A DNA stretch of 64,000 bases from Minisyncoccota bacterium (GTDB lineage Bacteria > Patescibacteriota > Minisyncoccia > UBA6257). Under the pieces are notes generated by a model. The model had not been told where the DNA came from. It ran no database searches and was given only the letters and a program-made list of their open reading frames with translations. The stretch covers positions 80,492 to 144,491 of the forward strand of contig JAQVJU010000001.1 of NCBI GenBank assembly GCA_028694995.1. The letters run 5' to 3'. Each line of letters opens with the position of its first letter. Position 1 is the first letter of the stretch. The position numbers were made by a program, and so were the translations under genes. Of the stretch, positions 9,822 to 18,899 are shown piece after piece.

Positions 9822-12209
9822 ATGAAAATAAAAAATGTATTTAAAATTGGGATTTTTGGCACTATCCTTTTGTTTTTATTAATAAGTCCTGTTTTTAAAT
9901 TCAATAACTTACAAGCATCTGCCTATACTTGCACTGAAGCTGGAGGAACATGTCGAGCAGGATGTAACAATGACGAAAAACCTGAATCACGGCTTACTTG
10001 TGCAGGTAGTTTCTTAAATACCAATTGTTGTGTCTCTGAGAAATTTAATTATGAACTATGGGTAGGGCAGCAAGAACTAAAATTACAACCTGTCTGTGTG
10101 CAAGCAGGATACATATGCAGGACCGCTTGTCATCAAGGAGAAGAAAGCATACAAGGGAATAACCTTTGCCCTATAGGACAAATGTGTTGTATGAATATTG
10201 CCACTGACAAGTTTCATCGAGAAGGATATGTTGAAGATGTGACTGGTACGGCTCAAGAATCAAATGCTGCAAAAATTTGTAATGCTCTTTTTTATGGAGG
10301 TGAAGACCCAAAAAGTAGGTTTGCTGAAATTTGGGGATGGGTAACAGGAGATGAAAACGCAAATGATACTTGGTGGGCACATAAAGCTTGTTTGGTTCAA
10401 ATAGGAGCTATTGAAGGACTTGGAAAAATGATTGGTGGAATGATTAATACATTAACAGGAAATATTCTTTGGGCTTTAAACCCTGATACTTATGGAGGGT
10501 TTGTTAAAAATCCTGGGGTAGTAGCAATTTGGGAAATCTTAAGAAATTTTATGAATTTAGCCCTTGTTTTAATCTTAATAATTATAGCTATTGCAACTAT
10601 TTTAGGAATTAAAAAATACCGCTGGCAAGACATCCTTTGGAAATTCATAGTTATTGCCTTACTTATTAACTTTAGCTTGGTTTTACCGGGCATAATATTA
10701 GATCTTTCTCAATTTACTACTTATGTATTCTTGAATTTATCTCGAGAAGCAACTGGCCAAAAAGATATTGCCCAAGCAATCATGGATAATTTTGCCACTA
10801 ATGAAATTTCAGGTGTTAAAAAATATAATTTTGCTTATGATGACAAAGCTGAAATTAAAACTATAACTGTAGAAGGGCAAGACATTAAGATGAGCACAAA
10901 AGGTTGGGGTCTTTCTTGGGGTAATTTCCTTCTTATTATCGCTGCCTTAGGTATAATTGGATTGTTTGTTTTTATCTCTTTAATCGCTATTTTCTTTGTT
11001 ATGGTTGCCCGGTCTTTTCTTATTATTATCTTACTTGCTGTTTCACCTATTGCTTTTGCTGCATGGGTATTGCCAAATACTGAAAAGTTTTGGAATTTAT
11101 GGTGGGGACAATTTTCTAAATGGTGTCTTTTTCCTATTACTTTTGCCATTTCTTTGTATGCAGGACTTGTTGTTGTATCTGAAATGAATGTTTTCCTTGC
11201 AAATCTTGGCGCTCAAGAAGAAAAATTAGGTATTATCACAATGATTATTCAAATAGTTCTCTTTTCTATGTTTTTAATTGGAGGATTAATTGTTTCAATC
11301 CAAAGTAGTGGCGCTGTGGGAAAAGTGGTTCAAAAACAAGTTAGTCGAGCTGGATGGCTTGCTGGAGCCTTTGTTGGGGCTAAAACAATTAAGGGAATTA
11401 AAGAAACTGGAATGTATAAAAAAGCAGGTGAAGCTTTGACTCATGTTCCTTTATTAAAAGGTGTTGGCCAAGAAATGTTAGTCACTGGAGAAAAAGCTAA
11501 GGCGACTAGAGTTAAAGAGTATGAAAAAGGCTTAGAGAATATAAGCTTGGGTAGCTTAAAGCAACTTGAAAAAGCTCCTTTACCATCTTCATTGGATAAA
11601 AATGCCTATGAAAAAAGAATTGCTTTGGTTAATAAATTAGCCGAGATGGGAGAATTAGGGGATGAATCTACGAAATTTATCAATCTCCATAAAGACGATG
11701 TTAGATTTAATAAAAAAGCTATCACTGAAGCAATTCCCCATGAATTTAAGGTAGAGGGAGGAAAATTAATTAATACCCCAGATTCAGTAGAAGAAAAAGT
11801 AGCAACTTTAACTTCATTAAAACCTGATAAATTAAAAGATAAAACCCAATTAAAAGATTTTGTTGAAAAAACTATAGACAAAGAATACCAAAAATCCATT
11901 GAGCAAGGAGCTTGGTTGCCCCATGAAACAGAAAAAGCCATGGAAGAAGCTTATGATAAGGTTTTCCAATCTTTAGTTAAAAAATTCTCAGCCTCACAAA
12001 TGGCTGCTTTTTGGAAAGGTTTAGGACCCAAGTATTTTAACGAAGAAAGACAAAAACTCTTTATAGAGTCAGTTAAGAGAGATCCTGCCGCATTAGCAAA
12101 ATTCAATAAACACATCAAAGATTCCCGGGCGCTAAGAGAAGAAAGTGGCATTGATCTAGAAAATACGCCTGATGCTTCAGCATGGGATAACATTTTTAAA
12201 GAAGAATGA
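9822..12209 (+). CDS. VirB6/TrbL-like polytopic membrane protein with N-terminal signal peptide and two tandem 6-Cys modules
   Basis: The 795 aa protein has a signal/anchor, then two C-x6-C-x3-C-x11/12-C-x5/8-CC modules, then at least 6 TM helices (aa ~230-500) and a charged C-terminal tail. It heads the T4SS-like cluster. Confidence 0.5.
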   Translation: MKIKNVFKIGIFGTILLFLLISPVFKFNNLQASAYTCTEAGGTCRAGCNNDEKPESRLTCAGSFLNTNCCVSEKFNYELWVGQQELKLQPVCVQAGYICRTACHQGEESIQGNNLCPIGQMCCMNIATDKFHREGYVEDVTGTAQESNAAKICNALFYGGEDPKSRFAEIWGWVTGDENANDTWWAHKACLVQIGAIEGLGKMIGGMINTLTGNILWALNPDTYGGFVKNPGVVAIWEILRNFMNLALVLILIIIAIATILGIKKYRWQDILWKFIVIALLINFSLVLPGIILDLSQFTTYVFLNLSREATGQKDIAQAIMDNFATNEISGVKKYNFAYDDKAEIKTITVEGQDIKMSTKGWGLSWGNFLLIIAALGIIGLFVFISLIAIFFVMVARSFLIIILLAVSPIAFAAWVLPNTEKFWNLWWGQFSKWCLFPITFAISLYAGLVVVSEMNVFLANLGAQEEKLGIITMIIQIVLFSMFLIGGLIVSIQSSGAVGKVVQKQVSRAGWLAGAFVGAKTIKGIKETGMYKKAGEALTHVPLLKGVGQEMLVTGEKAKATRVKEYEKGLENISLGSLKQLEKAPLPSSLDKNAYEKRIALVNKLAEMGELGDESTKFINLHKDDVRFNKKAITEAIPHEFKVEGGKLINTPDSVEEKVATLTSLKPDKLKDKTQLKDFVEKTIDKEYQKSIEQGAWLPHETEKAMEEAYDKVFQSLVKKFSASQMAAFWKGLGPKYFNEERQKLFIESVKRDPAALAKFNKHIKDSRALREESGIDLENTPDASAWDNIFKEE

Positions 12210-13243
12210 AAAAAGAAGAGTTCTTAAAAAAATTTGATGTTTTGCCAAAATCTCTCCAAGAAGCTCTTTATTCTGATAAAGTTATTTCTATCATCCAAGA
12301 CGCTGGCTCGCTTGCTGATTTAAATGAACAAGAGTTATTTATTTTAAATGAAATTGTTACTGATGTTCTTTTATTGAATATTTCTTCTGATGATTTTGTG
12401 ACAGAGTTAGAGTCTCGTTTAAAAATCAAGGATTCTTCTTTAAAGATTATCCATCAAATAATTCAAGATAAGATTTTTAATCAATACAAAAAAGAATTAC
12501 TGCAGTTTAAATCCAGGCCAATCACTTCTTTAGAAAAACCGCCAATGCAATTCAAAACACCAATTCTAGATAGTTTTGAAAAAAAACCTAAAAAAGAACT
12601 CTCTGAAAAAAATCAAATTACAAAAATTGATATTCAATCTGTTGCAGACAAAATAAAATCAGAGATAATAAAAGAACCCCTAGATCAATTCACTATACCT
12701 CAACCCAAAATTATTGAACCAAAAACAGAAAAACCTAAAGTAAAAATTACCGAATCAGAAATTACTAAACCTGAGCCAATTCCTGAATACATTACTCCTG
12801 AGCCAACAGAAATTAAAGTGACAAAACCAATAAATAAAGTAGAAGCGCTTAAAAAAGTTACCATACCAGAAACAACATTAATCAAACAAGAAAAAATCCG
12901 TAATAAATTGTTAGAAGCCATTACTAAAAAAGACACTCAACCTAAAATTGTAGAAGAAATAAAAAAAGTTTTAAAATCTAAAAAAGAAGATAAAGAAACA
13001 ATCGAAGAAAAACCTTTAGAGAAAAAGAAAACACCAGAAACAGAACCTTCCACTGTTTTGACAGGTAAAGGAGAAGAATTTAAAAGTGAAAAACCAATTC
13101 AAAAATCCACTGATAAAAAACCCTATGTTTTGGATGTTAAGTTACAAGAGATGAAAAAAAGATCAAAGGAAAAAGAGTTTGATCCTAAGCCAGTTCAATA
13201 TGAAAAGTATAAAAAGGAAAGTCCTTTTGGAAAAACATCATAA
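12206..13243 (+). CDS. K/P/E/T-rich low-complexity protein (T4SS-cluster associated)
   Basis: There are no TM segments and the protein is built of repetitive KP..E..K segments. The gene overlaps the upstream gene by 4 nt (operon). Confidence 0.35.
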   Translation: MKKEEFLKKFDVLPKSLQEALYSDKVISIIQDAGSLADLNEQELFILNEIVTDVLLLNISSDDFVTELESRLKIKDSSLKIIHQIIQDKIFNQYKKELLQFKSRPITSLEKPPMQFKTPILDSFEKKPKKELSEKNQITKIDIQSVADKIKSEIIKEPLDQFTIPQPKIIEPKTEKPKVKITESEITKPEPIPEYITPEPTEIKVTKPINKVEALKKVTIPETTLIKQEKIRNKLLEAITKKDTQPKIVEEIKKVLKSKKEDKETIEEKPLEKKKTPETEPSTVLTGKGEEFKSEKPIQKSTDKKPYVLDVKLQEMKKRSKEKEFDPKPVQYEKYKKESPFGKTS

Positions 13244-13249
13244 TTTATT

Positions 13250-13648
13250 ATGGCCTATCAAGTACCAAAATTTATAGAAGAAGAAACTAAATTAATGGGA
13301 TTAATTACCTTTACCCAGCTTTGGATTTTGTTAGGTTTTGCTATTATTCTTATTATCTTGTTTTTTCTTTTACAATTATGGCTTTGGTTTATTGTTTTTG
13401 CATTTATGGCACCATTTGGATTATTTCTTACCTTTGGTCAATTACATAACCAGCCAATTTATGCTCTGATCCTATCTGCTTTTCGTCATTTTTGGCTACC
13501 AAAATATTATCTTTGGCAAAAAGAACAAGTTATAAAAAAACCTTCTCCAGGTCCTTTATCCAAATATGAGAAAAGTGAAACAGTAACCACTCAAAAATCT
13601 TTAGACAAAGAAACACTTCAAAAATTAACTGAAATTTTAGATAAATAA
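13250..13648 (+). CDS. VirB3-like small two-TM protein
   Basis: The 132 aa protein has two adjacent hydrophobic helices (LMGLITFTQLWILLGFAIILIILFF.. / WLWFIVFAFMAPFGLFLTF). It lies immediately upstream of VirB4, as in Gram-positive-type T4SS. Confidence 0.45.
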   Translation: MAYQVPKFIEEETKLMGLITFTQLWILLGFAIILIILFFLLQLWLWFIVFAFMAPFGLFLTFGQLHNQPIYALILSAFRHFWLPKYYLWQKEQVIKKPSPGPLSKYEKSETVTTQKSLDKETLQKLTEILDK

Positions 13649-13649
13649 A

Positions 13650-14339
13650 ATGCCTCAAAAACAAAAAGAAAGTTTTAGTAGTCAATCACTTCTTTCTATT
13701 CATCAAATTAAAAAAGGAGTCGTTATCTTAAAAAACGGATCCTTACGTTCTGTTTTAGCTGTTTCTGGAATAAACCTAGATTTAAAATCAGAGCAAGAGC
13801 AATTTAGTATTTTAACTAATTGGCGCAATCTATTAAATAACCTGGATTTTACATTAGAAGTTATTGCTCATTCACGCCGTGTTCATATTGCGTCCTATTT
13901 AAACTTTCTTCAAGAAAAAATCAATCAAGAAACAAATACTTTGCTTAAATTACAAGGAGAAGATTATCACTCTTTTATTAAAGGCTTAGTTACTGAGAGT
14001 AATATTATGAAGAAAAAATTCTATGTGGTTATTCCTTATGATCCTATTATCCTTAAGCCAAAAGACATTTTTGGACAAATAGTGGAAGCATATAAAAACT
14101 TACTTAATTTAAAACATCAGGCTTTTTCTAAAACCCTTTCTTTGTCTAATGATGAATTTAATCAATATTATCAGCAACTGATGATTCGCCAAAACAATGT
14201 TATAAACAATTTCACTCGCATGAATTTACAAGCTCAGCCTTTGACAACTAAAGAATTGATAGAATTGTTTTTTAACTTATATAATCCAGAAACTTTTGAA
14301 AGAGAATCTATTCCTATTCCTTCAGAACTTAATGAATAA
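13650..14339 (+). CDS. VirB4/TraC-family ATPase, N-terminal domain encoded as separate ORF
   Basis: Its pattern (SIHQIKKGVVILKNGSLRSVLAVSGINLDLKSEQEQFSILTNWRNLLNNLDFTLEV) matches the conserved VirB4 N-terminus (..dGii.tkdg.y..il.v.piNf.LkseeEqe.i...f..fL..L). It ends 11 nt before the ATPase ORF, in a different frame. Confidence 0.55.
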   Translation: MPQKQKESFSSQSLLSIHQIKKGVVILKNGSLRSVLAVSGINLDLKSEQEQFSILTNWRNLLNNLDFTLEVIAHSRRVHIASYLNFLQEKINQETNTLLKLQGEDYHSFIKGLVTESNIMKKKFYVVIPYDPIILKPKDIFGQIVEAYKNLLNLKHQAFSKTLSLSNDEFNQYYQQLMIRQNNVINNFTRMNLQAQPLTTKELIELFFNLYNPETFERESIPIPSELNE

Positions 14340-14350
14340 ATAATACTATT

Positions 14351-16147
14351 ATGAAATTACCTTTCTTCTCACGGAAAAAACAAATAAAACCTCAAGAAGC
14401 TATTTATACTGAAGCTTTTTCCACGCTTCAAAATTTAATTGCCCCAGCTGGATTGGAAATAAACACAAATTATCTTAAATTAGGAGAACAATATTGTGCT
14501 ACTCTTTTTGTTTTAACTTACCCAGATTATTTAGCCTCTAATTGGTTTTCTTCAGTTATTAATCTTGATGAGTCTTTTAATATTTCTATCTTTTTCCATC
14601 CTCTTGATATTAATAAAGTTTTAAGAAATTTAAGGAAAAAATCTGCGGAAATTCAAGCTCAGATTAACATTGAAGCTGAAAGAGGATTGGTTCGTAATCC
14701 TTTATTAGAAGCAGCTTTATCTAATGTTGAAAAATTAAGAGATACGATCCAACAAGGCAGTGAGAGATTGTTTGACGTTGGTGTTTATATCACTTTTTTT
14801 TCTAATAGCCAGGAAGGGCTTTCAAAAGTAGAGAGTAAAATCCGAAATATATTAGAACAACAACTTATTTATGCCAAACCTGCTGTTTTTAGGGAATTTG
14901 AGGGATTAGAAAGCACTATGCCTCTTGGAGTTAATAGATTACTTTTAACCACACCTTTAAATTCTCAACCAGCATCTACTCTTTTTCCTTTTTCTTCTTT
15001 AGATCTTTCAGATAATAAAGGGATTCTTTATGGCATTAATATTCATAATAATAGTTTAATAATTTTTGACCGTTTTTCTCTTCCAAATGCAAATATGGTG
15101 GTTTTTGCTCAAACTGGAGCTGGAAAAAGCTATGCTATTAAATTAGAAATTCTCCGTTCCCTTTTATTAGGCACTAATATTTTAATCATTGATCCGGAAA
15201 ATGAATATCAATATTTAGCTGAATCAATTGGCGGCAGCTATTTTAATATTGCCGTGGCTTCTGAAGATAATATTAATCCTTTTGAATTGCCTCTGGTAAA
15301 AGAAGATGAGGAAACAAATGAAGAAGTTTTTAGAAACCATGTTTTGAGTCTTATTGGACTTATCAAATTAATGCTTGGCGGATTAACTCCACAGGAAGAA
15401 TTGATTTTAGATCAAGCCATTATTCAAACTTATGCCAGTCGGGATATTTTTCCTGAAAACATGACTGAACAAAAAGCACCACCTTTAATGGAAGATCTGG
15501 AAAATGTTCTTGAGAATATTGAAGGGGGAGAAGATTTAGCAGCTAAACTTTATAAATTCACTAAAGGGACTTATGCTGGTTTTCTTAATAAACAATCAAA
15601 CATTGATATTAATAACCGACTGGTTGTTTTTGGCATTAGAGAACTAGCAGATGAATTAAGACCTATTGCCATGTATGTTGTTTTAAACTATATCTGGACA
15701 ATGATAAAGAAAGACCTTAGAAAAAGAATTGCTATTATTGATGAAGGTTGGTGGCTTTTAAATCATGAAGAAAGCGCTTCTTTCTTGTTCAGTTTAATAA
15801 AAAGAGCCAGAAAATATTATTTAGGAGTCACCTTTATCACCCAAGACATTGAGGACGCCTTAGCTTCTCCTTATGGCAAACCTATTATTACTAATTCCTC
15901 TCTATCATTATTGCTTCGTCAATCTCCAGCAAATATAGAAATAATTGGCAAGGCTTTAAATCTTACTGAACAAGAAAAAACAATTCTTTTACAATCTCCT
16001 GTAGGCACTGGTTTGTTTTTTGCCCAAGAAAAACATGCGGCCATTCAAATTGTAGCTTCTTATGCAGAAGACCAAATTATCACCTCAAATCCTGCTCAGC
16101 TTTTAGCTATTAAAGAAGCGAAAAAACAATTAAAATCTGAGTCTTAA
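14351..16147 (+). CDS. VirB4/TraC/CagE-family T4SS ATPase (middle plus C-terminal ATPase domains)
   Basis: It has Walker A FAQTGAGKSYAIKLEIL and Walker B IAIIDEGWWLL. It also carries the VirB4 middle region (YCATLFVLTYPDYLASNWFSSV). Confidence 0.8.
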   Translation: MKLPFFSRKKQIKPQEAIYTEAFSTLQNLIAPAGLEINTNYLKLGEQYCATLFVLTYPDYLASNWFSSVINLDESFNISIFFHPLDINKVLRNLRKKSAEIQAQINIEAERGLVRNPLLEAALSNVEKLRDTIQQGSERLFDVGVYITFFSNSQEGLSKVESKIRNILEQQLIYAKPAVFREFEGLESTMPLGVNRLLLTTPLNSQPASTLFPFSSLDLSDNKGILYGINIHNNSLIIFDRFSLPNANMVVFAQTGAGKSYAIKLEILRSLLLGTNILIIDPENEYQYLAESIGGSYFNIAVASEDNINPFELPLVKEDEETNEEVFRNHVLSLIGLIKLMLGGLTPQEELILDQAIIQTYASRDIFPENMTEQKAPPLMEDLENVLENIEGGEDLAAKLYKFTKGTYAGFLNKQSNIDINNRLVVFGIRELADELRPIAMYVVLNYIWTMIKKDLRKRIAIIDEGWWLLNHEESASFLFSLIKRARKYYLGVTFITQDIEDALASPYGKPIITNSSLSLLLRQSPANIEIIGKALNLTEQEKTILLQSPVGTGLFFAQEKHAAIQIVASYAEDQIITSNPAQLLAIKEAKKQLKSES

Positions 16148-16157
16148 TTAAATATTA

Positions 16158-16604
16158 ATGACAGAACAAGCACCAAATAAAGAAGGATCTTTAATAGAAC
16201 AACAACCAACAGAACCTGTAGAACAAGAAACCTCTCCTTCCATAGAAGAAAAAACTTCCTCTGAAGAGAAAAAACCAGAAACAAAGCCAAAAGAAAAGAA
16301 GATGGATATTATTATCTTTCTTTTGCTTCTTATCCCTGCTATAATGAAGGATATTATAGAGATAGTTTTAGGCCTAATTCCAGGAATTAATTTTTTTGTC
16401 TGGTTGATAGCTCTTCCTTTTTCCGCTTATATATTATTTATTAGTATTATCACTGGTATAAGAACAAAATTAATCTTAGGTGGTCAATTAATAGATTTAT
16501 TACCTTTGGCTAGCATTCTTCCGATTACCACTGGAACTGTTATCTTTGCTTATTTATCACAAGGGGCTGTTGAAAAGGTTGCTAAAAAATCTTCTAAAAT
16601 ATAA
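16158..16604 (+). CDS. Small polytopic membrane protein with E/K/P-rich N-terminus (T4SS-cluster component)
   Basis: The 148 aa protein has three predicted TM helices after a charged ~45 aa N-terminus. Confidence 0.35.
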   Translation: MTEQAPNKEGSLIEQQPTEPVEQETSPSIEEKTSSEEKKPETKPKEKKMDIIIFLLLLIPAIMKDIIEIVLGLIPGINFFVWLIALPFSAYILFISIITGIRTKLILGGQLIDLLPLASILPITTGTVIFAYLSQGAVEKVAKKSSKI

Positions 16605-16633
16605 AGAATCATTTTAAAAAAATAAATAAAAAC

Positions 16634-17536
16634 ATGAAACAAACAAATTTTTATAATAAGATATCTGTATTCTTTTTGATTGTTTTTGTTGTAAATTTTC
16701 TTTTTTGGAATTTATTAATAACTAAAGAAGCTTTGGCTGCTTCTCAAGCTCGTTATTCTTGTGATTCAGCAACTAAGGAATGTTATCGGGATGATGAAAA
16801 TGGAGAATATACTTGTAAAATTCTCTGTAATAATAAATGTTCTGGAGAATCTCCGTCTTCTGTTGACCCTTCGCCCTTAAATCCAGGGTGTGGTTGTGGT
16901 GGAGGCGAGGCACAACCTGTTTATATTGTAGGTTCAGTAGAACAATCTGCTGCTCAAACCGAAGCTGCTAGAAATATCAAAACTTTACAAGATTTAGCAG
17001 ATATTTCTGGGATTACAACAGATTTATTGGACGAAGTAGAAGATGTTATTATAACAGGAAAAAACATCCCAGAAAAATTACAGGGATATTTTAATAAAGT
17101 CAAAGATAAAGGCAACTTTTCTGTTACTGATAAAAACATATTAGGGAATGCTATTAGTCAAGGATTGCCAATTCCTGAAAACTTGCGCTCAGATTTCCTT
17201 GAAGCAGCAATTCAATTTGGTGATATAAGTGATTTGGTTCAGGACAAATTTTTAGACTTACTAGGCGTTGGTTTAGATGTTGATTGGATTTGTGGAATGC
17301 TATCAAATGCAGCTACTGCTCTTCCTTGGGGATTAGGAGTTCCTGTTTCCATGGCCATTGGTGCAGCTTGCCCTATAATCCTAAAAGAGTTATTAGCTTC
17401 TTTAGGCGCTTATTCAACAAAACAAACTACAGAAGAATTAGTACAAACAATACCTGTGCCTACATTTCGATTTTTTCAATGGGAAGTTGGTTTGCCTGGA
17501 TTTTTTAAACCAGGACAAATATTAAAGTTTAAATAA
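16634..17536 (+). CDS. Exported Cys-rich protein (T4SS-cluster component)
   Basis: It has an N-terminal signal/anchor, a CDSATKECYRDDENGEYTCKILCNNKCSG Cys cluster and a GCGCGGG motif. There is a C-terminal hydrophobic segment. Confidence 0.35.
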   Translation: MKQTNFYNKISVFFLIVFVVNFLFWNLLITKEALAASQARYSCDSATKECYRDDENGEYTCKILCNNKCSGESPSSVDPSPLNPGCGCGGGEAQPVYIVGSVEQSAAQTEAARNIKTLQDLADISGITTDLLDEVEDVIITGKNIPEKLQGYFNKVKDKGNFSVTDKNILGNAISQGLPIPENLRSDFLEAAIQFGDISDLVQDKFLDLLGVGLDVDWICGMLSNAATALPWGLGVPVSMAIGAACPIILKELLASLGAYSTKQTTEELVQTIPVPTFRFFQWEVGLPGFFKPGQILKFK

Positions 17537-17544
17537 AACAATAA

Positions 17545-18405
17545 ATGTTTCTGTCTTTAAATCAATATTGTAATTTTAAGAATATCACTCTGTTCTTGAT
17601 TGTATTCATCTGTTGTTTAAATTTTAGTCAAGGATTAGTTGTTGAGGCTGCAAATAATTTTTCCTCTGAAGTAGTTGAATTAGATGCTAAGAATTCAGTA
17701 ACGGAATTAATTAAATATCTAGTTCAATGGGCTTTTAGATTAGCTGGATTATTCGCTTTTATTATGATTATTTATGCTGGATTTCAATATCTTACTGCTG
17801 GGGGAAATGTTGAACAACAAAAAGAAGCTCAAGAAAGAATTTTTAATACTTTTATTGGAATTGTTTTATTGTTTTCTTTCTGGCTTATTCTAAATCAAAT
17901 TAATCCTAATATCCTCCAAACACCAGAACCAAAACCATCAACAGCTAAGCCATCAGTGGAAACAGAACAATTACCAGTAACTGTAGGTAATTTTGTTTTA
18001 ATTGGAGCAGGCTCTGGTAAATATTCTAATATCCCATTGAGTTGGGAATTTCCCAATGGTGCTTATATTGAAGAAAGCGTTGCTGAAAGTTTATTGAACT
18101 TAGCTAATAGTAATGCCCCAAAAGGATGGCAAGTCACAGAAGCTTGTGTCTCAATCATTGGAAACGAGTGCGTCACTACAGTCCACCATGTGTCAAATTG
18201 CCATAAAATCGGTACTTGCGTTGATGTAGGATTTGGTGGAGACCCAGGTATTTCAACAAGAGCAGCTTTCATTAAAGCTGCTAATACCTCTGGTTTTGAT
18301 GTTATCGATGAATATTCAGCTGCAGGATCCCAATATGGAAGTGGTTTCCATCTTGAAATTAATATGCCTAATTGCAAAACCGGTGGTGCCTTCTTTTGCT
18401 CTTAA
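17545..18405 (+). CDS. TrbC/VirB2-like pilin-domain protein with C-terminal Cys/His-rich extracellular domain
   Basis: It has a signal peptide, then two hydrophobic helices separated by a short polar loop (FRLAGLFAFIMIIYAGFQYLTAGGNVEQQKEAQERIFNTFIGIVLLFSFWLIL), typical of conjugative pilin folds. A ~150 aa C-terminal domain follows, with HHVSNCH/GTC/CKTGG. Confidence 0.4.
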   Translation: MFLSLNQYCNFKNITLFLIVFICCLNFSQGLVVEAANNFSSEVVELDAKNSVTELIKYLVQWAFRLAGLFAFIMIIYAGFQYLTAGGNVEQQKEAQERIFNTFIGIVLLFSFWLILNQINPNILQTPEPKPSTAKPSVETEQLPVTVGNFVLIGAGSGKYSNIPLSWEFPNGAYIEESVAESLLNLANSNAPKGWQVTEACVSIIGNECVTTVHHVSNCHKIGTCVDVGFGGDPGISTRAAFIKAANTSGFDVIDEYSAAGSQYGSGFHLEINMPNCKTGGAFFCS

Positions 18406-18412
18406 TTAAAAA

Positions 18413-18886
18413 TTATTTCTCTTGGGGTTTAATTACAATATGTCTTTCTTTGTTTTCGCCAACACTTTCAGTGACAACATCACTTCTTAAAGCAATTTCT
18501 AAATGAATAATCCTTCTGTCTCGGGCTCTCATTGGAGGTAATTCCATTATCTGATTAGTTAAGGCTACTTGGTGGGCTATTTTCCTAGCAAATTCTCTTA
18601 ATTTCTCTTCTTGAATTGCCCGATAATTATTAATATCTAAGATAATACGCCATTGTATCTCTATGGCGTTTTTTCTTAAAGGCATATTTAAAAGATATTC
18701 TAAAGCCTGTAGATTTTCTCCATCCCTACCAATTAACAAACCACTATCATCAATTCGAGAATCAGTTTTTAAAAAAACTTGTATTAAATTATCTTGAGGA
18801 TTTTCTTGAATATTAATTTCAAAATCTGAAAAACCGATAATAGATAAGATATTTTCTAAAAATTGTTTGATTTCTATTGTTTTCAT
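18413..18886 (-). CDS. Jag/KhpB-like R3H-domain RNA-binding protein
   Basis: It has a C-terminal R3H-like segment (ELPPMRARDRRIIHLEI). It occupies the conserved position downstream of yidC. Confidence 0.7.
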   Translation of the reverse strand: MKTIEIKQFLENILSIIGFSDFEINIQENPQDNLIQVFLKTDSRIDDSGLLIGRDGENLQALEYLLNMPLRKNAIEIQWRIILDINNYRAIQEEKLREFARKIAHQVALTNQIMELPPMRARDRRIIHLEIALRSDVVTESVGENKERHIVIKPQEK

Positions 18887-18899
18887 TTAAATAAAAACT

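Noticed and set aside
16158-16604. Calling the 148-aa membrane protein a VirB2 pilin
   Set aside because: Three TM helices follow a long charged N-terminus with no signal-peptide-plus-hairpin pattern. The downstream ORF 17545 fits the pilin fold better.
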